Source: Octopus sinensis (Eukaryota). From it: a stretch of 64,000 nucleotides of DNA. Every line of letters begins with the position of its first letter. The stretch's first letter is position 1. The notes beneath the pieces were generated by a model. It made no database searches and was not told the origin of the DNA. It saw only the letters and a program-made list of their open reading frames with translations. A program made the translations under genes and the position numbers. The DNA is taken from the NCBI RefSeq assembly GCF_006345805.1, contig NC_043003.1, positions 93,310,001 through 93,374,000 of the forward strand. Direction: 5' to 3'. Shown here in pieces: positions 25,301-40,072 of this stretch.

Positions 25301-28138
25301 GGTTGCTGAGATAAAAATGGTGAAGTATTAAAATAAGTGATATGTAACTTAGCCCTTCCATTGACACTACTGAATGTCTTGGATAAATTTTCAAATATAA
25401 TTGGTGCCTTATGTTTAGTGATTCTGAACACTTCTTTGATTGATAGCAGTGTTGTTCTGCCTTTGCAGAAGCCATTTTGGTTCCAATGTATCATTGTATG
25501 AATATAGGGGAAATTCTATCAAGAGGTATAGAGTTCTAGATTTTGGAGACAAGAGGTGAGATTGTGATTCCTTTGTAGTTCTGAGACAGGTAATGATTCC
25601 CTTACTTTGGAAGTAGAATTTCATTTATAAAAATACTCTTCCAAATGTTAGCTGTGATGTTTTTTGGACCTAGAGTCTAGTACTTACTTAATCTTTCTCA
25701 AGCATTTTGAGACTCTTCTTCGGTAAACAGTGTTGAGAATGAAATATGAGTGTCAACAGGAAGTGAGTCAAGGGAGATGGAGTGATGACTGGCAACACAG
25801 GAAAAATGATCTGTGGAAAATATAAGTTGGGGAAGATTATGCTAAAAATCTGAGATGACATAGATTAAAATAGATATATGACAATGTAGTTAAGAAGTTT
25901 ACTTCAGAGCTTCTTGGTTTTGGATTCAGTTCCACTGTGTTGTACTATGAGTAAGTGTGCATATGTGTACCCTTGTCTGACATCATGTGATGGTTGTAAA
26001 CAAGCATCATCATCATACAAGCGTTTTCAGTCTCCTATGGAAAATCATGTTTGGCTATGAAAAATATTACGTTGCCTGGAATCAGGTGAGCATTGATAGC
26101 AGGAGGGGCAACAAGTTATAGAAAATCTGCTTCACCAAATCCTATCTGACGCAGGCAAGCATGGAAAACTGGACATTATATGATGCTATATATTTGTATG
26201 TATGTGTGTGTGGTGAATACTTGAAATGAGGAATAGATAGGCAGCCAATACTGATGAAGGGTCATTCTCTGTGTTTATTAGTCCTGTTTTTTGTTTTTTT
26301 CTCTTGTTTTTTGCATATTTAACTTGTTTGTTTTCGTATTCCATGTTGTTTACACAGTTGGTGATGTCCTGTATCCATATATGTATATATATATATATAT
26401 ATATATACTTACACACATACATGTGTATATGTTTGTGTATTTGTGTATCTAAACATTATATTGTATATGCTATTGCAGTGGGCTTAAACGTGATGGACCA
26501 CCTGATGCCTGCCGAATTCATGGTTCACTACATGTCAACCGGGTTGCAGGCAATTTTCATATTACAGCTGGGAAGTAAGTTAATTTATTACTTTTCATTC
26601 ATATTATCTCATTCTCTGTATCTCTCTCTCTCTCCCTTTCTTATATTTATATATTCATTCATTTGTAATATATACATCGTAATATTATTTACATGACAAC
26701 AAAATAAGCACAAATTGTAAAACATCTATATTGGCACTATTAAAGGAATGTTCACAGGCACACAACACATGCATACATTTTGGAATGCAAAGTGAAGAGA
26801 GTGTCCCTGTCTCAACGTGTCCGGTAAAGCACAACCACAAGATGGGAAATAATAGACTGTGCACTATCTTTCACAGTGGTTCTGAACTTTGCCCAGGCTA
26901 TTCTTACTCTAGCAGTTACACTTTCAACACACTATCAACAGAATGTGTACATGTGCTGCACACATTCCAAATTACCATATTTTAACATGTATAAGGAACC
27001 CTTTTTTGTCAAAAATTAGGTTAAAAAATATGGGAGTATTTTATGGATAGTATTATAAGACCTTACAAAACCTTTTTTTCCAAATTTTAAGCCTCCAAAA
27101 TTAGGGGTTCCTTATACATGTTAAAATATGGTATATACAGCAGAAATGCAGCATTCTTGTCTAAACATATCTGGGAGTTAAAAGTGAACAATATAACTGC
27201 AGTCACAAGGTGGGAAATAACAGATGGTGCCACTTAAAAAGCACCCACTCCACACTGTAAAGTGTTTTGCATTTGGAAGGGCATCCAATTGTAAAAACCA
27301 TGCCAAAACTGACCTCTCCTGTGTGAGTGCCATGTAAAAAGCATTCAGCCCACTCTACAGAGTGGTTGGTGTTAGGAAGAGTGTCCAGCCATAAAAACCA
27401 TGCCAAAATAGACACAGAAGCATGGTGCAGGTTCTTGCCTGGGCAGCTCCTGTCAAACCGTCAAACCCATGCTAGCATGGAAAGAGGACGTTAAGCAATG
27501 ATGATGATGATGATGCACCTCATAAATGCATGGTCTAATGTCAATATGAAAGCTAAGCTACACTTCTACATAATCATTCAAAAGTTTAGTTGCACTTCTG
27601 TCTACCTCATATACTGCATTACTTGCAAACTTTGCAATGCATTATACAAAGGTAAAACTATGACAATCACTATCTCTCCTACACATACTGAACTTTAGCA
27701 CTGTCAATCAACCTTTACTATAGACACCCAAAAGACTATTTTCATTATTCTCACGCAATTACTCAAACTAAACCTTCTCACCTATGTACAATGATTCAAT
27801 ATTGTCACTTATGCACCTACTTGTCAATATAAGATTTTCACTATTCCCTACAACCATTTACTATTGTCATTTGTGTACTTTGACCTCATGCTATGCACCC
27901 ATGCAATTATTTTTCACTATTTCTACATGCATATGTACTAAACTTTGTCCTACACAAAAAGTGCTTTTTTTTTTTTTGTCCTTATATGTATTCAGTACTT
28001 TCTAAACCCCTCAGTTAAAAGATCTTTGTCAGTCTCTAACAAAGAAATTAGTTTTGAAATGTGACAACCCTCTTCTCACAAAACAGCTGCATACAAATGT
28101 ATTGAGAGCAGATATAACTTGATAATCAAAATCATGAT

Positions 28139-28197
<59 letters not shown>

Positions 28198-28955
28198 GAT
28201 GAGTGTGTTTTTACCTTAACAATTAACACGGAAAAAATTAAAAAATAGTTACCAGGGTAGCAAAAATCTCACAAGTAAAGAGGTTGTAACTCCTTGTTTA
28301 TAAAGGTAGAAACTTCGTGTTTACGTGAAATTTTTTGTATAATATATGAATAAATAAATGTCTTATTGATGAGTTTCGTTTTTTTCACTTTCCTGAAGAG
28401 AAGGTTGCATTGTTTATACCATTTATTCTTTTGAATAGTATCAGTGGAATTTTCGAAACATGTGTTGAAAGTAAAAATATTTGATTTACACCTGTGTTAA
28501 ACTCCATTTATTTATTCATATATATCATCATCATCATCGTTTAACGTCCGCTTTCCATGCTAGCATGGGTTGGACGGTTCAACTGGGGTCTGGGAAGCCA
28601 GAAGGCTGTGCCAGGCCCAGTCTGATCAGGCAGTGTTTCTACAGCTGGATGCCCTACCTAATGCCAACCACTCCGAGAGTGTAGTAGGTGCTTTTTATGT
28701 GCCACCTGCACAGGTGTCAGACGAGGCTGGCAAACGGCCACGATCGGATGGTGCTTTTTACGTGCCACCGGCACGGGGGCCAGACGAGGCTGGCAATGGC
28801 CACAATCGGATGGTGCTTTTTACATGCCACCGGCACAGAAGCCAGTCGGGGCGGCGCTGGCAATGGCCACGTTCGGATGGTTCTCTTACATGCCACTGGC
28901 ACTGGTGTCTCAGCTACAATTTCCATTGATGTTGAAACATTCGATTTCGATTTTG

Positions 28956-28994
<39 letters not shown>

Positions 28995-30073
28995 TCATAT
29001 GCACAGAAACGCGTGTGCATATGTATGTATGTATGTATGTTTGTATATATCTAATAGCTTAAAAACTGCCCTTTCAGGTGGTTTTTAAGCTAGCTCCTGT
29101 GGAGGGGCCTTGGGTCCAACAGTGACACTTCATGCATTGAGTACATATTAAATTTTATTAAACTTGACCAATATTTTTCAAGCAAAGAACAATTTTCATC
29201 AAAACAATAATATAATTTGTCGAATTGGAAATTATTGCAAGGCTGCATGATAAACATTTTTTGTCTTCCCATTCAGGGGTCAGTACAATTTTTTTTTTCT
29301 CTCTAACCTCTTTCTTTCTCTCGTCTCTCTTTCTGTTGATTGTTTTCAGCCATCATCACCAGTTCCACCACTATCACCACCACAACGGTCACACACACAC
29401 ACCATTCAGACTACTGACACTACCACCATCAATATCTTTGACGTTGCCACCTTCCCCTCCACCACCATCACCACTGTCTTTCACATCACATAGTATCACC
29501 ACCATACCTGACCACCAACACCATCATCACCATTACCTCTGCCTCTATCATAACTACAGCTCATACTATTACTATCATCCTATTACCATCACAACCGTCA
29601 ACCTACTACTGCCCTCACCGTCTCTGTGCCTACTATTACACTCACCCCAGCAGGAGGAATAGTAAAAGTGTCATTGAAGAGTGAAAGAGGGGGTCAAAGT
29701 GTGACACACTGACTCACAGAAATTTGTTTTGGCATTTATTATATATATGACGAAGCCACCTTGAGCATAATCCTATGAACCCGGAAAAATTTAAAACAGA
29801 GGGTTACTTACTTGCAAACAAATGTTTGACATTATTGATCGAGGTTACCGTGGTCTTTGCTGTAGGCTTTTCTTTCCATGGATAAACCTTATCTGCTTCC
29901 CCCTTTACACTTTACATCATGACATTTCTGTGATACATGATCCCTATTGAACGTTTTTTTTTCTTTCCCTTTTACGATCCCTTTTGATCGAAAACCTACC
30001 CCACTTTTTTTTTTCTCCCCAAAAAGAAAAGCTCTACTTGGTAATCTGTCCCGTCTGTGTGGCTAATAAAGAA

Positions 30074-30104
<31 letters not shown>

Positions 30105-30147
30105 CATACATACACACACACACATATATATATATATAATATATATA

Positions 30148-30187
<40 letters not shown>

Positions 30188-33100
30188 TAATTTGCCTGAT
30201 GACTTTGAGAATGCACAGACAAAACTTCATTGTAGTAAGAGACTGACTTGACCAAGCTAAATATATTCTTTTGTACTCTAGGCACAAGGCCTGAAATATT
30301 TGAGGAGAGGTCCAGTCAATTAGATCAACTCCAGTACGCAACTAGTACTTAATTTATCGACCCTGAACTTTGCCCAGCCTAAATGAAAAATAGAAAACTG
30401 CTAATTAAGACAGATAAACGTTTGGAGACCTGAACATTGTACAACTTGTCACTTCAATGATATTACTTGTATCTGTCTACATGAAGTTGCTTGTGTGTGT
30501 GTGTGTGTGCTTGTATGATACCTGTTATACAACAATCTTTTGTGTTCATGTTTTGTCCATTGAATGGAATTGTGGAACAATTTCACAATAATTTTGTTCG
30601 CAGCAGTGTTTCCATTGAGATGTTAATTTCAGCACCATCTGTTGGCTCTGAACTACATTACATCTTTTGTTTGTATTATACATTTCAAAGTAATTGGATA
30701 ATCGGTCTACTTGTTCAGTGTTGTGTGTCTTTGGCTGGATCAAAACTCTGTTCGATCCCTCTCTCTCTCTCTACTCTCTCCCTCTATACCTTCATTCTCT
30801 ATTTTGCCCCGTTTTCTTTCTTTTTCTATAGTTTTTCACTCTCTCTACTCTGTCTCTGCATTTTATTTCTCTACTCTCTTTCTCCCTGTACTCTTGTCTT
30901 TGTCTCTATTCTTTCACTCTCTCTACTCTCTTACTCAATTCTTATTCTCTCTTCCTACCTCTCTCTCAACACCCCTTTCTTCCTCTTTTTTACTCTCCTA
31001 GTCTCTCTCACTCTCTCTCTCTCTCTCTCTCTCTCAAGTAATGAACCTTTTACGATTTTACTTGCAAGTAATAAGCCTCCCCCATCTCTCTCTTTAGCGA
31101 TTTGCTTCCCTATATCCATTGATGGATATAAGTTTGGGAACTAAGTTCACAATCTAAGATTTATGCTTGGGGTCTTCATGGGGATGGCCTGTAGGAGTTA
31201 TATTGGTGATATATAACCTACATTGGATATAATGATTTTATACTTAGACACATGTCACATGTATATATACACACATGTCACATGTATATATACACACATG
31301 TCACATGTATATATACACACATGTCACATGTATATATACACACATGTCACATGTATATATACACACATGTACGTGCATACACGAAATACATAATTGGTAT
31401 TTTAGGCTTTGTATAACTTAACATGTGTTTCTACAAGTCATTTGTCATTATTATTTATTATGTTAGCTTGTTGGTTCTATTATGTAATGTAGTCAACTCA
31501 CTTCCTCTGTATTATCAGCAATATATATATATATATATGATGGACTCTCCAGTCGTTAAACGACATATAGGGGTTTCACTACTACTTGCCGAACACGCAC
31601 ACAGATGATTTGTTTATAGTGATCAAATGTTTTGTGTAGACATAAGCTCACTCCCTTCACCAGATCGATATTACCTGTACAGGTGCAATGGGTGCCACAT
31701 GTCAGATGTCGAAATGATTGCAGTGCAACATGAAATGAAGTGCTTTCTCAACACAACGCAACACCCGGTCTGGGAATCAAACCTGTTTGTCATTTATTCA
31801 GTATGTTTTTTGCTTCTAAAAAGCCCTGTCTTCACATATATTGCAGGGTCTCATTTTGACAGAGAAAACCTTATTCTGCTGTAGACACCAGAATTGTACT
31901 TACAACTGTTAGTAACAGCTAAAAACTGCATTACCTTTATATTTCTTAATTTCCCTGTACACCCTGATGCATAACCCACCATGTACTCAAACTGTTCTGC
32001 CATTTGTTTAAATCATTATTCTCAAAGATAGAAAGTTAATTGTTTTTGTGGGGTGGTGGTGATATTGTTAATACCTAAATATTTTGCCTAGTTAACTTTT
32101 ATTGTTGGATTATCTGCTTATATTCACCTCGATGTAACTTGAGGATACAACCCCAACATATCTTCTACTGTATCTTCTCTCTCTTCCAAATGGGGTAGCC
32201 ATGTATCACTTCTACTACAAAACATCTGTTTCTGTCCCTCTAGCATGCTTTAACCTCTCATCACCTGACACAAAACTGCCTTCCTTAACACTACTTGCCT
32301 TCTCAATTAAGGGGTCTCAACTTGCAAGTTACTTGGTGACTTTGCTGGTGCTACATACAAGAAGCACCCAGTACACTGTGTAAAGTGTTCAATTTTAGAA
32401 AGGGCATCTAGCTGTAGAAATCATGCCAAATCAGACAGTAGTAGCTCAGTGCAGTTTTTTGGCTCACCAGTTCCTGTGAAACTGTCCTGTCCATGTCAGC
32501 ATGGAACACAGGCATTAAGTGGTGAGGATGATGGTGATAAAAGTTGTCATAAATTCAGAGAACCTGGATTTCCTAATTTTTATCAAAATCTTCAAAAACT
32601 TTGCTTACAGTGTAGCAAGTGCTTTACCATTCCTCAAATTTACACTGTAAGATGTTGTCTGATTTGTTACCTTCTGCCCTTGAGCATTATATGTTTTTGG
32701 TGACACTATTTAACAATCAAGAACCATAATAGTTTATTTAAATTCTTCTGTATGCTTTACTAGGTGTACAAATTCAGTTCAAGTGCGAGTTCAGATTAAC
32801 CTTCCTAAACTGTGCATCAATAAGAGCAAATTATACTGTAAAGTGGTCGGCATTTGGAAGGGCATCCAACTATAAAAACCTTGCCAATATCGACCCCTCT
32901 TGTACTTGTGCCATACAGAAAGCATTCAGTCCACAGTCCACTTTGCTGGGTGGTTGGTGTTTGTAAGGGCATCCAGCCATAACAACCATGCCAAAGCAGA
33001 CACAAAAGTTTGGTGCAGGCTCATGCCTGGCCAGTTCCTGTCAAACCACCTAACTCATGCCAGCATGGAAGCTGGATGTTAAACAATGATGATGATGAAT

Positions 33101-36100
33101 GACTCTTAAGATGTTTCTCTGCCCTTTATACTTTACTCTTTCTGCATTGAGTCTTGAAGCATTACAGATCATCATCATCATCATTGTTTAACGTCCGTTT
33201 TTCATGCTAGCATGGGTTGGACGGTTCAACTGGGGTCTGGGAAGCCCGAAGGCTGCACCAGGCCAGTCAGATCTGGCAGTGTTTCTACAGCTGGATGCCC
33301 TTCCTAATGCCAACCACTCCGTGAGTGTAGAGGATGCTTTTTACGTGCCACCGACACAGGTGCCAGACAAGGCTGGCGAACGGCCATGCTCGGATGGAGC
33401 TTTTTATGTGCCACCGGCACGGAGGCCAGGCAAGGCTGGCAACGGCCACGATCGGATGGTGTTTGTTACGTGCCACCAGCACGGAGGCCATTCGATGCGG
33501 CGCTGGCTACGGCCACATTCGGATGGTTCTCTTATGTGCCACCAGCACTGGTATCACAACTACAAATTCCATCACTTTTCCAAAATGTTTCCAAATAACT
33601 TTTAAAAGATTGCTTTTACAGTTTGGTAAGATGAAGCAGCCTATATCACATTGTCCAGCAGCTGATTATGAAGAACTGCTGCCCCTTCTATTAACTCATT
33701 TTGATTCTTTAGAGACTAAAGGCACCTAATTTATCAGAAAATATCTGAAGATGATTTGAACCTACAACTCTGTTTACTGTATCACTGCATTAATTTCAAG
33801 CCAGTGGTTAACACAGTGGCATACTAAAAAAAATTAAAAATAGTTTTGTGGCCCTCATTTTCATCCTAACATTATTTGATGCTCCATCAAGGGTAAAGAC
33901 CCACTTTCGTCATGAATGACCATGAGATACACCTAGAAAGTTCCCCTCTGAGGCACATGTCTGGGCAAGATTGTTTATGGAAGACCAGCAGCTGCCCATG
34001 CATACCAGCCTCCCCTCTACATGCCACTGATGTTATCCAAGGTAAAGGCAAAGGCCGATACAGCTTGGCACCAGTAACATCACAACTCATTTCTATAGCT
34101 GAATGAACTGGAGCTACGTGATATAAAGTGTCTTGTTCAAGAACACAACACAGAGCCTGGTCTGAGAATTGAACTCACTACCTCATGATTGTGTGCCTGA
34201 CACTCTAACTACTGAGCCAGGTTCTGCACTGAATAATCACCACTTTGTAATTAAGATAAAATGATTGAAGAAGATGTAGAATAGTAGAACAGTACCTCTC
34301 TCATTGTTTTGCTATAACCAGTAAACTCACTGATACTGATCAAGTATCTCAGTTTGGCAGAGATAAGGCCTGGCAGGAGGTCATGGCTCATGAACCGCTG
34401 GAATTCTTTAATATCTTATTCATCTTCTGAGCTGCTTGCTCCATTGTGAAATTGCTAATGGCATTAAAAGCAGTGAGCTGGCATATATCACTTGTGGTAT
34501 TTGGGTGGCGAGCTGGCAGAAACGTTAGCATGCCGGGCGAAATGCGTAGCCGTACGTTCTGAGTTCAAATTCCGCCGAGGTCGACTTTGCCTTTCATCCT
34601 TTCGGGGTCGATTAAATAAGTACCAGTTACACACTGGAGTCGATACGATCGACTTAATCCATTTGTCTGTCCTTGTTTGTCCTCTCTGTGTTTAGCCCCT
34701 TGTGGGTAGTAAAGAAATAGGTATTTGTGTATCTAACATACCAAGTAATACTGAATATTTGCAAAGCAGTAGGATGTTAGAATAATGATAAATAGTAAAA
34801 TATAAGTGACATCTTCACTCCTCCCCCCTCCCCACTCTCTCTCCTAAATGCATTGATCTCCAAAATTTGAACTTACAGGGCCACACTCAATGTGATTTCA
34901 GATCACCTTACTTCATTCTTCTCAAAGTCACTCTAGAACTACTCCTATTCCCCTACTCTTAATTAATTAACTAAATACTGAACCGCTCTTATTGCAAATT
35001 AATCTATATTTGGTGTTTCGTTATGAGAACAAAACGAAATTTGCATGCATAATTATAAAAGATAAATAAGTCAATTTTTATTGAAAGGAACTTGACAAAA
35101 GATAGCTAATAATAGCTTGTCTTCATTGGCAGTTACCCCCCCCCCACACACACACACACTGTCTCTCTAGAAACTTAGAAATTAAGATTCAGCTATTATG
35201 CCTACACCTGCCTCTATTTCTGTCTCTGTTGCTGTTCTAATTATTAATTACTGTCTCACTTATGTATCTATCTATGTCTGTTTTCTGCTAATATACTTCT
35301 TTTGTTTAGCTAATGCATATCAGGGGTGGAGAAACCCCTGCCTGCAGGTGCAATTGCACCTGCAAGCCCATTTTATTTTGCTTGCAAGCCCACTTTATCA
35401 TGCCCACAGGTTGACATATTTGTATGTACAAAATATAGTAAATTTTGCAGTTATAAAATTTATACAATATTTGTATGCCTATTTGCGAAATAGGTTGCTT
35501 TTCTACTATGACTTATGATGGTTAGACTCGAACAGAAAATTGTCCAGTAATTGCCATTTGTATGGAACTTTAGTTTTCACTAGGTTTGTACCAACCCCTT
35601 GAGATCCAACTACACTCTAGCTGAAAAATAAAGAATACCTCATAAGTAATATAAACGTCCTAAATTCAGTGGCAGCATTAATGAAGATACTACGATCTTA
35701 ATTTAATCTGTTAAACTTATTTTTAATGTATATCAAATTATACATAGATATATGCAAGATTTACAGAGATTTACACAGAGTTAGATCTTGCGATCCAACT
35801 GCGAATCTTTTTCTTTGGAAATTTTTACCCGCTGCACTAAAATGTTTCCTCATCCCTGATCTATATACACTCTTTAATCTCTGATATATATATCATTTGA
35901 AACTATTTTGTTTACTGTTCCCATATTTATATATTTTGTTTACTCTTATATACCTGCATTTGATTACTTTGCAGGTCCATACCAGTAATACCACGAGGTC
36001 ATGCTCATTTAGCTCTTCTTGTTGGCGAGAATGGTTTGTATAAAACTTTAATTCCTTTGTAGTCATTCTCTAATCTTTTATTGCTGTTCTGTCTCCCTCT

Positions 36101-39100
36101 CTTTTATCTCTTTCTTTTGCATCTCTCTTATAATCTCTCCTTATTCTTCTGTTAATTCCTGGCACCTCTGTTTTATCTTCATGCACCCTTTATTTCTCAA
36201 TCATGCTTTATCCAACTCTTTTGACCTTCATGTTCATATTTTTCCATATTCAATCAATCATTATCCAAATAGCACAAAAAGGAATCGAAATAGTTACAAC
36301 AAGCTTGTTGTAACTTGTTGTAAAGCCTGTTTAATCCATACTCCTTGTTTACCTTAAGCACATTTCATTTATCTATCAATTCTTTATATATACTTATATG
36401 TTAAGTCATTTGAAGCACAAGCTTGAGACTGTACTAAGTCGCAGTGTCCCATCATCTGGAAAAGACTTTCTAACTAGAAAGGGTATGGCCTGGTCAGCCT
36501 GTAATGGCATGCATAAGATCTGGTCATCAAATCTAAGTAGAGACTTCAAACTTGAAATCTTCAAAGCCACAGTCGAACCAATTCTACTATATGGCTCAGA
36601 AACCTGGACGTTATCAAAGAAGCTTGAGAGGCGGTTGGATGGAACCTACACTCGCCTCCTTATGAGAGCTCAAAATCTCTCGTGGAGGCGCCATCCAACC
36701 AAAATGCAAATATATGGGAAACTACCACCTGTGTCATCTCTTGTGAAAGGTAGGAGAGTCCAGTTTGCTGGACATTGTTGTAGAGCTGAAAACGAGGTAA
36801 TTTCTACTCTTCTCCTCTGGAAGCCATCTGCTCGTGATACCAGAGGGCGCACACTCACCTACACTGATGTAATCTCCAGGGATACAGGCATCCAGCAACA
36901 GGACCTCCGTAATGCCATGATGGACCGTGAGGTCTGGCATAGTATGGTAAATTCCATTGTCTCGACCACGGTCAAACAATGATGATGATGATGTTCCATC
37001 ATCAGTGGAACCAAAAACTTCGAAGCCACTAAAAGAGAAAAAGAAGAAATCAAAGGACAGGCGAGAACAGCTTGACCAAATCAACCTTATCCTCCACCAT
37101 CATTATGATGCAGTCAGTACCACTGACTCTTCTATGCAAGAATTGGTATACTCAGTCATCAATGCCATCACAATAAGGGAAGCATTCAGCAAAGAAGAAA
37201 CTAAATTCTTGGATATGAGATGAAGCCAACAACAAATAGTAGAATAGAGCATTTGTTAAGAATACTATAGTCTCATCATCATTATCATCCACTTTCCATA
37301 TTTGCATGGGTTGGATGGTTTGACATGGAGCTGCCAGCTGGGAGCTGTCCAGACTCCAACTGTCTATTGTGGCATGGCTGGATGCCCTTCCTAATGCCAA
37401 CCACTTAACAGAGCGTGCTAGGTGTTTTTTTACATGCCACAAGCACGGCTGCTTTTTATGTGGCACCAGCACCTGAAAGGACAACCCTGTATGTGTGGAA
37501 GACAGTGGTTTTACTTAGCGTTACACATCTTACCAAGTATAGCAAATTGCCACATCCTGGTCTCTTTTCAGTTCCTCAGTGAGTCCCAGCGTCTGAAAAT
37601 CCTTTCTCAATACATTGTCCCATGTCTTTCTGTGTCTACCTCTTCCACGGGTACCATCCACAATTAGAGCTTGGCACTTCTTTATGCAGCTGTCCTCATC
37701 CATACACATCATATGACCAAACCAGCACAGTCTTCTCTCTTGCATACACATCTGATGCCTCTTATACCCAGTTTTCCTCTTAAATCATTTACACTTTGTT
37801 GCTCATGCACACTAACATTACCCATCCAGCATAGCATGCTAGCCTCATTTCTTTCAAGCCTTTGCTGTAGTTATAAAACTCTTTCCCTCGCTCTCTCTCA
37901 TAAAATTGCCTAATTGAAAATATTTGTATTTTAGGTTAATTATCTCTTATGGTTTGATACTTTTTCCTACTGGTAAACATTACACCATGAGCAGGAGTGG
38001 ATTTTATTGTTAGTTAGGCAATTTCGCTGACATGCACAATCTAATCAGCTGGTACTTAATCCATTTTCTTAAAGCATTAAGGGTTTCAACTACTAATGTT
38101 TCTGTAGGTAAGAAGCCCCTCTATTCCTGCTATGTTTATTACTCACAGGGTAGCTGAAAAGAACCATGAAAGTCATTGAAAATTTTCACACACTGCATGT
38201 ATACAATGGGCTTCTTTCAGTTTCAATCTATCATATCCACTCACAAGGCTTTCAGTTGACTATAGTAGAAAATTTATACCTGAGTTGCCATGCTGTTGGA
38301 CTAAACCAGGAACCATGTAGTTGACAAGTTCACTTATCACCCACACAGCCATGTATGTGTGTGCAGCACACACACATAAACGCACACACACAAACACACA
38401 CACAAACACACATTCAGTATCAAGTGTGTACTTTATGGGGTACTTCATAATTAGATTTAGTGATGTACTTTTCTTCAAAAGTACTCAGCAAATGTTTGTG
38501 TAAACTACAAATTATTCAAAGCTATGATTTTAAGTCTTTACAGTGAAGAAGATAAATAGAAAGAATCAATTTCTGATCCATCAAAAGGAAATATTCATAG
38601 TTTTATTATTTTATTAGTTTCAAGGTGGGTGAGCTGGCAGAATTGTGAGAGTGGTAGGTAGTCTTCTGGCTTTATATGTTTTCACCCATCTAACACCCGT
38701 GGACATATTTACAAAGTCAGAAAACAGCACAGCTCCCATGACTTTCGGAAACATTTTTTCACACTGAGAGTTGCTGAAGCATGGAACAAACTGCCGGCAT
38801 CAGTTGTTAGTTGTCGGAGCACTGCATCCTTCAAAACTTCCATGCTTTCTGAGATTCGCCAATACTACACCTGATTTTCTCCCCTCCATACACACACAAG
38901 CATGTATCTGACTCATACATTGTTCGCTTTCCAGACATTTGTACATTACTGTATATACTTCATATGCACTTTCTGACAAGTTGTGGTGCACCTGAGCACT
39001 GTATACAATAATTTCATTATTATTATTATTATAAATATTGCTAAGCTCAAGTTTGTCTTTCATCCTTCTGGGGCTAATAAAATACCAGTCATGTACAGGT

Positions 39101-40037
39101 GGGTGGATGTAATGTAACTGTCTAAGCTCCTTCCTCCATAATTGTTAGCCTTGTGTCCATATTAGAAACAATCATTTGACTGGTCCTAATCATTGCATTG
39201 TACATGTGCCTTCTGTAATTAAGTAGTTACCATTTTGATATGACCCTAGTTATGTCTCCTCAAGTGGTGTTGTATTGAATACAAGAAACAGATAGACGTA
39301 AGAAAGACAAAAGCTAAATGAGTCTTAATTTAACCCATTTTTTTTTTGTATATTGCAATGTTATTTACCAATCCCTGTAGAATGGTCAAAGCTTCTGGTG
39401 GCTCAAACTCTTAAGAATCAGCCTTATGTTGATCTCTTTCACTTCGTTTACAACTAGTAGCTTAAGCTTGATTATAAGCCTTAGGCAATAACTAGGAAAG
39501 GGATTAGCTCCAACAGGGAGACTTGACCACAGTGCTTTTCATTAAATGGTTGTGTAGGCTCTGCTATTATTGTGAATCCATAACCAAAACATTCCAACTG
39601 TGACCATCCCATTTTTTCTCAGACATTGTGTTCATCATTATCCTATAATATTCAATGTGCCTCTTTTTAAGATGTTAGAGTGTGATTTTAGGTAGATTTG
39701 GCTATTGTTTCTAGCAGGGTGAGCGACCATATAGAGGTTCCTTTGTTGGCTCATCGTCATAAAGTTGAAAACTTTATTGATGATATAATAACTCTTGAAG
39801 GAGTTACAGAGCCTTTATTATTATCAAAGTGGGTTTTCTTTGTATTTCTACAGTATTGAAATATTTTATAATGTCTCTGCTGTGTATTTAATTATAGTTT
39901 AATGTTTAAATTACTACGATGCACAGCACACCCTTTTTCATTGCTGACATTATGACCTCGCATTTTATATATTTTCCTGCCCACCTACACATTTGTCGAC
40001 ACTCCAATATACATGCTAGCTCATATAGCGCAGACAC

Positions 40038-40072
<35 letters not shown>

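Noticed and set aside
30491-31144. 217-aa hydrophobic ORF
   Set aside because: CT-rich low-complexity DNA inside an intron; no family motif.
31248-31370. CRISPR-like array (also considered for 2821-3300 and 41476-42225)
   Set aside because: No unique spacers, no cas genes, eukaryotic context.
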